From contig CAWEEK010000005.1 in NCBI GenBank assembly GCA_963808065.1, positions 352,402 to 416,401 on the forward strand: DNA of 64,000 nt, in the 5' to 3' direction. Below are positions 28,742 to 35,624 of the stretch, piece by piece. This DNA is from an uncultured Chitinophagaceae bacterium (GTDB lineage: Bacteria; Bacteroidota; Bacteroidia; Chitinophagales; Chitinophagaceae). The notes beneath the pieces were generated by a model, which saw only the letters and a list, made by a program, of their open reading frames with translations, was not told the DNA's origin and did no database searches. How positions within the stretch are numbered: position 1 is the stretch's first letter; each line of letters begins with the position of its first letter. The translations under genes and the position numbers were made by a program.

Positions 28742-28929
28742 ATTTAAAGAGGTTAAATTTGCAGTTGATTACAGAGGGTAGAGGACTTTGTTTAGATTGA
28801 TTTCCAATCCCGAAAATACCATATTAAATCAGGGTTTTAAATCATTTTTGAAGGATTTTTACACTTGTAAAACTCCGTTAGCTACGATGGAACGCCCGCC
28901 AGATAAGGATTTAAAGATTTTTAACTACG

Positions 28930-30501
28930 ATGCCCAACAGAACCAGCGAGTCTCTTTTTCAACTGATAAAATCCCTGGAAAAAGCAGAAAAGCGGAATTT
29001 CAAATTGTATGTGAATCGCAATTCAGGAAGTGAGGATCTTAAGATTGTACAGCTATTCGATGCCCTGGATAAAATGCATGAATATGATGAAAATCAGCTA
29101 CTTAAGAACAAAAGCCTGAGAAAACAGCAACTTCCCAACATCCAGTCGCACCTTTACCGTACCATCCTGTCGAGCCTGCGTATCCTTAAAGATACTGATA
29201 ATATCGACCTTCAGCTTCACGAACAGATGGATTATGCCCGGATACTTTACAACAAGGGTCTCTATTTGCAGAGCCTCCGGGTGCTTGACAGAATGAAGGA
29301 ACTGGCCCGTTCAGCAAACCAGTTTAGTTACCTGATGCAGGCCCTCTTTTTTGAGAAGAAAATTGAAAGTCTTCACATCACCCGCAGTATGCAGGACCGC
29401 GCCGAACGGCTGACCCAGGAAGCCGAGCTGGCGAATCAGAAGCTTGTGAGGATCAGCAGGTTATCAAACCTCTCCCTGCTGCTTTATAGTTGGTACATCA
29501 AAAATGGCCATGCCCGCAATGCACAGGACGAAGAGGCGATAAAGACCTTTTTCACGGATCATCTGCCAAAAAATGCCGCCCAGGTCAAGGGGTTTTATGA
29601 AAGACTCTATCTGTATCAGTGTCACTGCTGGTACACGTATATCCGCCAGGACTGGCTCATGTATTACCGCTATACCAGCAAGTGGGTGGATCTGTTCCGC
29701 AATGATGAAGAAATGAAGAGCATCGAGACCGCGCATTTTATCAAGGGAATGCACAATCTCCTTCATGCGCATTTCGGCCTCAAGAACTACGACCGTTTCA
29801 ATGAAACGCTCCAGGAATTCCGGGATTTCGCCGCCTCACCCCTGGGAATGCAGTCGCAGAATAATCGGATCCAAACCTTTGTCTACCTCAACCTCGCGGA
29901 GATCAACAAACACTTCCTGGAAGGTAGTTTCACCGAAGGCCTTGATCTGGCCCGAGAGATCGAAGTCAAACTGGATGAATATGGGCTTTATCTCGACAGG
30001 CACAGGGTGCTGGTATTTCAGTACAAAATCGCCTCCATGTACTTCGGAAGCGGAGACCCGGAAGCAGCCATTGAACACTTAAACACGATTATCAACTGGA
30101 AGGTGGACCTGCGGACGGATCTGCAGTGTTATGCCAGGCTGCTCCACCTCATCTCACACTACGAGTTGGGAAATTTTGAGCTGATGGAATATCTGGCAAA
30201 ATCGGTGTATCGCTTCATGGCCAAAATGGAAAACCTGAGTACTGTTGAAAAATACATACTGGGATTTCTGAGAGGTTCGCTTCGCATGTCAACATCCGAG
30301 GTCAAAGCCGCCTTCCGCGATCTGCTCCACAAATTGAAACAACACGAAAACAATCCGCTCGAAACCCGCGCCTTCAGCTACCTGGATATCGTATCCTGGC
30401 TGGAAAGCAAGATCAGTGGCAGACCCGTGCAAGAGGTGATCAGAAATAAATTTATCCAGGGATATCGTCAGGGGCGTGTGAAGGATCGGGGACATCCCTG
30501 A
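28930..30501 (+). CDS. Hypothetical helical-repeat (TPR-like) protein
   Basis: Intact 523 aa ORF, predicted alpha-helical by eye. I recognise no catalytic motif. Confidence 0.55.
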   Translation: MPNRTSESLFQLIKSLEKAEKRNFKLYVNRNSGSEDLKIVQLFDALDKMHEYDENQLLKNKSLRKQQLPNIQSHLYRTILSSLRILKDTDNIDLQLHEQMDYARILYNKGLYLQSLRVLDRMKELARSANQFSYLMQALFFEKKIESLHITRSMQDRAERLTQEAELANQKLVRISRLSNLSLLLYSWYIKNGHARNAQDEEAIKTFFTDHLPKNAAQVKGFYERLYLYQCHCWYTYIRQDWLMYYRYTSKWVDLFRNDEEMKSIETAHFIKGMHNLLHAHFGLKNYDRFNETLQEFRDFAASPLGMQSQNNRIQTFVYLNLAEINKHFLEGSFTEGLDLAREIEVKLDEYGLYLDRHRVLVFQYKIASMYFGSGDPEAAIEHLNTIINWKVDLRTDLQCYARLLHLISHYELGNFELMEYLAKSVYRFMAKMENLSTVEKYILGFLRGSLRMSTSEVKAAFRDLLHKLKQHENNPLETRAFSYLDIVSWLESKISGRPVQEVIRNKFIQGYRQGRVKDRGHP

Positions 30502-30680
30502 AAGAAAAAACCCTCTCTTACTCAGAAAGGGTCTCTGGATTCTTTAAGGTCGGGGTAGTGATGGTTTAGACGTCAGCAGAACAAATCTGCGTGTAATTTT
30601 CGGAGTACAATCCGCAACCTCTATGATCTTCAACAAAATACCTGAAATATTTAGCTGATGATTAGGCAAACACTTAGTGG

Positions 30681-32480
30681 TTATACCGCTGGTCTGTAAA
30701 CGAGCTCAGAAATTTTCTGATGCAGGTCTTCGGGACGGAAGGGTTTGTGCACATAATTGACAAACCCTTTGCTCAACAAATCCAACTGCATATTGTCGTA
30801 CACCGCGGCTGTAAATGCCATCGCGGGCACTGAATTATTTATCTTCCGGATCTCTCTGAGTGCAGTGGGGCCGTCCATCTCGGGCATTTCCAGGTCGATC
30901 AGCATCAGGTCGAAATTCCCCTTTGAGAATAATTCAACGGCTTCTTTTCCATTGACCGCTTCCGTAACAGTGATCCCCCATTTAGACATAAACCTTTTGG
31001 CCACTGACAGGTTTACCTTGTTATCCTCGGCAATTAATACCCTCACTCCTTCCAACGGAGAGAGTTGCCTGGTTTTCGCCTCATTGATATATAGCTTCCT
31101 GTCCTGGTTGATCTTCAATTCAATCGTAAAGTAGAATTCACTCCCTTTCCCCTCTACACTTTCAAGCAGCAGTTCGCTGTTGAACATATTGATCAGCTTC
31201 TTGCTGATTGTCAGTCCCAGACCGGTGCCGCCGAATTTGCGCGTGGTGTTGATGTCGGCCTGCGTGAAACTCCTGAAGATCTCAGTATGCTTGTCCGTTG
31301 GAATTCCGATGCCTGTGTCCTTCACCATGATCATTACGGTAGCTATATGGCTTGATGAAAAAACCTGCTTCGCTGTCAAACTGATGCTGCCCCTCTGTGT
31401 GAACTTGATTGCATTCGACAAGAGATTGCTCAGGATCTGATTCAGCCTGGTGTCGTCCATGACCAGTTCATTGTCGAGGTTCGGATCGATTGAAGTTCTG
31501 AAAACGAGGCCCTTTGACTGTATCTGTGGGGAGAACTGGCTGATCATGCTGTTCATGAATTCCATCAGGTTCACGGGACGTTCAACCAGCTCCAGTTTAC
31601 CGGCTTCAATCTTATGATAGTCGAGAATATCATTGATAAGCACCATCATGTGCTCGGATGAAAATTTGAGTATGTCGAGACTCGATTTTTGTTCAGGAAG
31701 GTGATCTTCCTGCAAAAGCAGGTTTGATGCGCCGATGATGCCATTCAGCGGCGTTCTCAGCTCATGGCTCATGTTGGAAAGAAATCTGGATTTTGTGTTG
31801 GATGCAATTTCCGCCTTCTTCTTAGCTTTGAGCAATTCATACTCCGTCATTTTCAGGTTGGAGTTTTCCTGCAGTATCAGGTCTTCATGGTCCTTGTTTA
31901 CCCTGAGTATCGCATAAGAAAATATAAGGGTGAGGCCCATGCCAATGGCGAGGTTGCCCGCATAGAGTTTACCGTACAGAGCCTCGGTGATCACTTCTAT
32001 GTTATTGGTCTCGGGACTGATGTGGAGGCAGACTACAGCAGATACTACCGTGATGGAATAAACGAGTATCCAGCCCTTGAAATGGCTGCCGATGCTTACC
32101 ACAAAGGTCAGTACCAGGAAATAGGGAAAATAATATAGGTAGGCGCCGGCACGGAGTCCTTCCACATAGGAAATGATAATCAAGTAGGCACTTAGGTTCA
32201 GAACCGATATGATCCTGCCCACCTCGAGTTTTTTCCTTGAGTTGAAATAATAGGCAATCAGGAAGAAATAGGCGGAAGTGATATTGATCAACGCGCTGAT
32301 ATACAGACCGTTAACAAAATAAAGCAGTACGGAAAGGAAGTTCATGAACAGCGCCAGGATGACGAACTGGTTGAGTCGGAGGATCTTCTTGCGCTGTTCC
32401 TTGGCGGTAACGCCCTGCAATCCTGAATGAAGTATATCGCGGTAAATTAAGGAGCCGAGATATAATAATTTCTGTTTCAT
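30681..32480 (-). CDS. Hybrid sensor histidine kinase (multi-TM sensor, HisKA, HATPase, receiver)
   Basis: About 6 N-terminal TM helices. H-box FLSNMSHELRTPLNG, N-box LSNLLSNAIKFT, G-boxes VKDTGIGI and GGTGLGLTISKKL. C-terminal receiver VLIAEDN...LMLIDLEMPEMDG. Confidence 0.9.
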   Translation of the reverse strand: MKQKLLYLGSLIYRDILHSGLQGVTAKEQRKKILRLNQFVILALFMNFLSVLLYFVNGLYISALINITSAYFFLIAYYFNSRKKLEVGRIISVLNLSAYLIIISYVEGLRAGAYLYYFPYFLVLTFVVSIGSHFKGWILVYSITVVSAVVCLHISPETNNIEVITEALYGKLYAGNLAIGMGLTLIFSYAILRVNKDHEDLILQENSNLKMTEYELLKAKKKAEIASNTKSRFLSNMSHELRTPLNGIIGASNLLLQEDHLPEQKSSLDILKFSSEHMMVLINDILDYHKIEAGKLELVERPVNLMEFMNSMISQFSPQIQSKGLVFRTSIDPNLDNELVMDDTRLNQILSNLLSNAIKFTQRGSISLTAKQVFSSSHIATVMIMVKDTGIGIPTDKHTEIFRSFTQADINTTRKFGGTGLGLTISKKLINMFNSELLLESVEGKGSEFYFTIELKINQDRKLYINEAKTRQLSPLEGVRVLIAEDNKVNLSVAKRFMSKWGITVTEAVNGKEAVELFSKGNFDLMLIDLEMPEMDGPTALREIRKINNSVPAMAFTAAVYDNMQLDLLSKGFVNYVHKPFRPEDLHQKISELVYRPAV

Positions 32481-32484
32481 AGAG

Positions 32485-32495
32485 TTATTGGATAA
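32485..32495 (-). promoter_or_regulatory. Single TTATCCAATAA box in the divergent HK / Hpt-RR intergenic region
   Basis: Plus strand reads TTATTGGATAA. The reverse complement carries the 9-mer TTATCCAAT, which recurs in the downstream 22 bp and 50 bp repeat units. Confidence 0.3.
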
Positions 32496-32535
32496 GTAGC
32501 TATTTGTAAAACGGTGAATAGCTCAAAATAGTACT

Positions 32536-32940
32536 ATGAATAACGAACCTCAGCCCAAGAAATTCATTTTTGATGATAAAATTGATGAGGAATACATCCG
32601 GAGCCTTTACGAGGATGAATATTCGTACATCACCGAGATCTTTCAGACCACGTTGGAGCATTTTGACGCGGACCTGCAGTTCTTGAGAACGGCCTTCGAG
32701 AAAGAGGATACCTTGGGGTTGAAAAAGGCAGCCCACAAATTGAAACCGGTTTTCGGTTTTACGGGTTTGCTTGGTGTACAGGAAATGTTGAACAACTTTG
32801 AGCAATTTTGTGGTTCGGCCCCGGAGTTTGTACTGGTGAAACCCCACTATGAGAAGGTGATTGCCGAACTATTGAATGCGAAAGCTATAATTGAAAAAGA
32901 ACATCAGCGATTGGCAGCCTATGCTGCCTCACTTATATGA
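32536..32940 (+). CDS. Stand-alone Hpt (histidine phosphotransfer) protein
   Basis: 134 aa helical protein with AAHKLKPVFGFTG (HxxK Hpt-type motif). Its stop overlaps the RR start (ATGA). Confidence 0.7.
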   Translation: MNNEPQPKKFIFDDKIDEEYIRSLYEDEYSYITEIFQTTLEHFDADLQFLRTAFEKEDTLGLKKAAHKLKPVFGFTGLLGVQEMLNNFEQFCGSAPEFVLVKPHYEKVIAELLNAKAIIEKEHQRLAAYAASLI

Positions 32941-33626
32941 GTTTATCCTGCGTCATCATAGAAGATCTGAAGGTCGCCGCCGACTACATCAACAACTGCT
33001 GCAAAAAAAGCGGGCTGGTTGAGGTCAGGGGAATATTTCCCGGAGTTGAGCCCGCACTAAAATTTTTGAATGAGGAAACAGTAGACCTGCTGTTCCTGGA
33101 CGTAGAGATGCCGGGGGCCACAGGTTTTGAACTGCTGGATAATATCGCCTATCAACCCAGCGTGATCCTGACTACGTCCAAAGAAGAGTATGCCTACAGT
33201 GCCTTTCAATATAAGGTGTCGGACTTTCTCAAAAAACCTTTCACCTATCAGCGTTTCCTGGAGGCCCTTGACAAAGTGCTTGAGAAAGAAAGCCGGAAGT
33301 CGGCCACAGAAACCGTTTCACATCTATTTATAAAGTGCGAGGGCAAGCTGGTTAGGCTTGATTACGATGACATCCTCTTTATTGAAAGCATGGGAGACTA
33401 TGTCCGCTTCGTTACGAATGACAAGAAATACATCACACACAATACCCTCAAGAACCTCGAGGAAAAGATAAGCAGTGACCACTTCATGAAGGTCCACCGA
33501 TCTTACATCATCAATCTGCGTAAAATCGACGATATCAGAGAGAATGACCTGTTTATCAAGGGAATAGAGATCCCGATTAGCAAGGCCCACAAGGCCGATA
33601 TCCTCCGGAAGCTGACTATACTTTAG
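32937..33626 (+). CDS. LytTR-family response regulator
   Basis: Receiver (VIIEDL.., LLFLDVEMPG) plus a LytTR DNA-binding domain (LFIESMGDYVRFVT...FMKVHRSYIINLRKI). Confidence 0.9.
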   Translation: MSLSCVIIEDLKVAADYINNCCKKSGLVEVRGIFPGVEPALKFLNEETVDLLFLDVEMPGATGFELLDNIAYQPSVILTTSKEEYAYSAFQYKVSDFLKKPFTYQRFLEALDKVLEKESRKSATETVSHLFIKCEGKLVRLDYDDILFIESMGDYVRFVTNDKKYITHNTLKNLEEKISSDHFMKVHRSYIINLRKIDDIRENDLFIKGIEIPISKAHKADILRKLTIL

Positions 33627-33918
33627 CTCCTTAACAAGACCTTAACGGCATTTTTCATCCATTCATCGAAGCAAAACTATCAACCATCTAATAAAGGTGC
33701 AGGAGGCGATTGCTTTTTACATCTTTGTATCAGCAAGAGAGACGAACGCAAAAGCAGAGAATAACACAGAAAATGAGAACAACAAAAAAGATATTAAAGA
33801 TAGTAACCGAAAGGTTATGATTATTAAACCCTAAACCTGTTTCAGTGATTTTGAAAAGGTTCTGACAGTTGCAGCTCTTTTCATTATGTTGATTTATTAA
33901 GGATTTTCGATTTCGGTG

Positions 33919-33948
33919 CCGGACCCCTTTCCGGGGTTCGGTTTTCTT
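33919..33948 (+). terminator. Plus-strand rho-independent terminator inside module 1
   Basis: CCGGACCCC-TTTCC-GGGGTTCGG (9 bp stem with one G-U pair) followed by TTTTCTT. There is no T-run on the opposite strand. Confidence 0.6.
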
Positions 33949-33983
33949 AAAATCCTGGTCCTTTGTCCAAATCCAATGAATAA

Positions 33984-34157
33984 CCGTCCTGATATCCAAT
34001 GAATACCGTCCTAATATCCAATGTTCGCCGTCCAATTATCCAATGTCACTGTCCTTTTGTCCTATGATCGCCGTCCAATTATCCAATGTTCGCCGTCCAA
34101 TTGTCCAATGTCACCGTCCTTTCATCCTATGATCTCCGTCCGTTTATCCAATGAAGA
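33984..34157. repeat. Tandem array of eight 21-22 bp units, consensus CCGTCCnnnTATCCAATGnnnn
   Basis: Units start at 33984, 34006, 34028, 34050, 34071, 34093, 34115 and 34136. A degenerate unit precedes at about 33955. A higher-order 43-44 bp alternation is also visible. Confidence 0.9.
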
Positions 34158-34306
34158 CCATCCAGTTATCCAATCCATGAATTGACCATCCGATCCGAAC
34201 CTTTGAAAAAGCCAGTTATCCAGTCTTAAGAAAAACCAACCCGACGACCGTATCAAGAACTTAATCTCCTTGAGAAAAACCATCTGTTATTAAGGTGAAA
34301 ATTATC

Positions 34307-34336
34307 AAAAAAGCCGCGTCCACTGCGGCTTTTCTT
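34307..34336. terminator. Hairpin terminator copy 1 (A-run, GCCGC-loop-GCGGC, T-run)
   Basis: AAAAAAGCCGCGTCCACTGCGGCTTTTCT. The sequence is symmetric enough to act on either strand. Confidence 0.55.
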
Positions 34337-34349
34337 GTTTTTGGGAGCC

Positions 34350-34389
34350 AGAGAAGAGAAAGAGAAAGAGGAAGAGAAAGAGGGAAAGT
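34350..34389. repeat. 40 nt pure polypurine (GA) tract in the spacer between modules 1 and 2
   Basis: AGAGAAGAGAAAGAGAAAGAGGAAGAGAAAGAGGGAAAG, with more GA-rich sequence continuing to about 34415. Confidence 0.85.
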
Positions 34390-34460
34390 ATGAAAGGCAG
34401 AGAGAGAAAGAGAACTATGTTAATAATGAAGCGGACATGGATTCTAACCCATCAACAACG

Positions 34461-34910
34461 CTTTAACGGCATTTTTCGTCCATTCATCGAAGCAAAGCGA
34501 TCAATCACCTAATAAAGGTGCAGAAGGCGAATGCTTTTTACATCTTTGTATCAGCAAGAAAGACGAACAGAAAAGCAGAGAATAACACAGAAGCACCATC
34601 CTAGTATCCAATGAATTCCGTCCTGATATCCAATGAACGCCGTCCAGTTATCCAATCCATGAAATGACCATTTCGATCCGAACCTTTGAAAAAGCCAGTT
34701 ATCCAATCCATGAATTGACCATCCGATCCGAACCTTTGAAAAAACCAGTTATCCAATCCATGAATTGACCATCCGATCCGAACCTTTGAAAAAACCAAGA
34801 ATCCAATCTTAAGAAAAACCAACCCGACGACCGTATCAAGAACTTATTCTCCTTGAGTTGTTATTAAGGTGAAACTTATTAAAAAAGCCGCGTCCACTGC
34901 GGCTTTTCTC
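34461..34910. repeat. Non-coding repeat module 2: H2, two 22 bp units, three 50 bp units, tail and hairpin
   Basis: 22 bp units at 34596 and 34618. 50 bp units at 34644, 34695 and 34745. Hairpin at 34881-34910. Confidence 0.9.
34644..34794. repeat. Three tandem copies of the 50 bp unit CCAGTTATCCAATCCATGAATTGACCATCCGATCCGAACCTTTGAAAAAA
   Basis: Near-identical copies. The first is 51 nt and carries 2 substitutions. Confidence 0.95.
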
Positions 34911-35000
34911 ATTTTAGGGAACTACAGAGTATTCGGTTTCCGGAGTATTTTGGCATGGTGGCCTCGAGATTGGGATCTCTACCCTCTTGATAACAGCTTG

Positions 35001-35062
35001 TTCCCTCACTCGCTCCCCCTCTTTCTCTTTCTCTTTCTGTTTCTCTTTCTGTTTCTCTCACC
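35001..35062. repeat. Polypyrimidine (CT) tract in the spacer between modules 2 and 3, in inverted orientation relative to 34350-34389
   Basis: TTCCCTCACTCGCTCCCCCTCTTTCTCTTTCTCTTTCTGTTTCTCTTTCTGTTTCTCTCACC. Confidence 0.85.
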
Positions 35063-35269
35063 AAACCTTTATCGGCATTTTTCATCCATTCATCGAAGTA
35101 AAGCGATCAATCACCTAATAAAGGTGCAGAAGGCGAATGCTTTTTACATCTTTGTATCAGCAAGAAAGACGAACAGAAAAGCAGAGAATAACACAGAAGC
35201 AACGTCCTAATATCCAATGTCACCGTCCTTTTATCCTATGATCGCCGTCCCTTATCCAATGAAGACCGT

Positions 35270-35469
35270 CCAGTTATCCAATCCATGAATTGACCATCCG
35301 ATCCGAACCTTTGAAAAAACCAGTTATCCAATCCATGAAATGACCATCCGATCCAGACCTTTGAAAAAACCAGTTATCCAATCCATGAATTGACCATCCG
35401 ATCCGAACCTTTGAAAAAACCAGTTATCCAATCCATGAATTGACCATCCGATCCGAACCTTTGAAAAAA
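35270..35469. repeat. Four tandem copies of the same 50 bp unit
   Basis: Exact 50 bp periodicity. Copy 2 differs at 2 positions. Confidence 0.95.
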
Positions 35470-35568
35470 CCAAGAATCCAATCTTAAGAAAATCCGACCC
35501 GACGACCGTATCAAGAACTTATTCTCTCCTTCGAGAAAAAACCATCTGTTATTAAGGTGAAACTTATC

Positions 35569-35605
35569 AAAAAAGCCGCGTTCTACTGCGGCTTTTCTTT
35601 TTTTT
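35569..35605. terminator. Hairpin terminator copy 3. On the minus strand it lies about 27 nt after the stop of the ferritin-like gene.
   Basis: AAAAAAGCCGCGTTCTACTGCGGCTTTTCTTTTTTTT. The minus strand reads hairpin plus TTTTTTGATAAG. Confidence 0.7.
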
Positions 35606-35624
35606 AGGGAACTATCGTAAATAC

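Larger units (their letters stand above)
33641..34336. repeat. Non-coding repeat module 1: head H1, a 190 nt module-specific insert, a 22 bp array, one 50 bp unit, then tail and hairpin
   Basis: H1 (33641-33772) aligns with 34461-34593 and 35066-35199. The tail CCA..CTTAAGAAAAACCAACCCGACGACCGTATCAAGAACTTA..TTATTAAGGTGAAA..AAAAAAGCCGC..GCGGCTTTT is shared by all three modules. Confidence 0.9.
35066..35605. repeat. Non-coding repeat module 3: H3, three 21-22 bp units, four 50 bp units, tail and hairpin
   Basis: 22 bp units at 35202, 35224 and 35245. 50 bp units at 35270, 35320, 35370 and 35420. Hairpin at 35569-35605. Confidence 0.9.

Noticed and set aside
28742-28929. A Leu-rich leader peptide or attenuator upstream of leuA.
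   Set aside because: The only mini-ORF I found (MVFSGLEINLNKVLYPL) is not convincingly Leu-rich, and no terminator hairpin with a U-run follows it.
33984-34157. The 22 bp direct repeats might be plasmid- or phage-type iterons marking a replication origin.
   Set aside because: The spacing is iteron-like. However, no rep, dnaA or par gene, DnaA boxes or adjacent AT-rich unwinding element is visible, and the context is chromosomal housekeeping genes. I cannot fully exclude this from sequence alone.
33730-35210. Track ORFs inside the repeat region: 33730-34035 (-), 34601-34822 (-) and 34869-35210 (+).
   Set aside because: They are produced by translating tandem repeats whose periods (21-22 and 50 bp) are not multiples of 3, or by translating the CT tract (LFLFLFLF). 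Their sequences are not conserved between modules, and one relies on a TTG start. I treat them as non-coding.
33984-35469. The arrays might be CRISPR.
   Set aside because: The units are contiguous tandem repeats with no unique spacers between them. No cas genes are present, and the repeats lack CRISPR-like palindromic cores.
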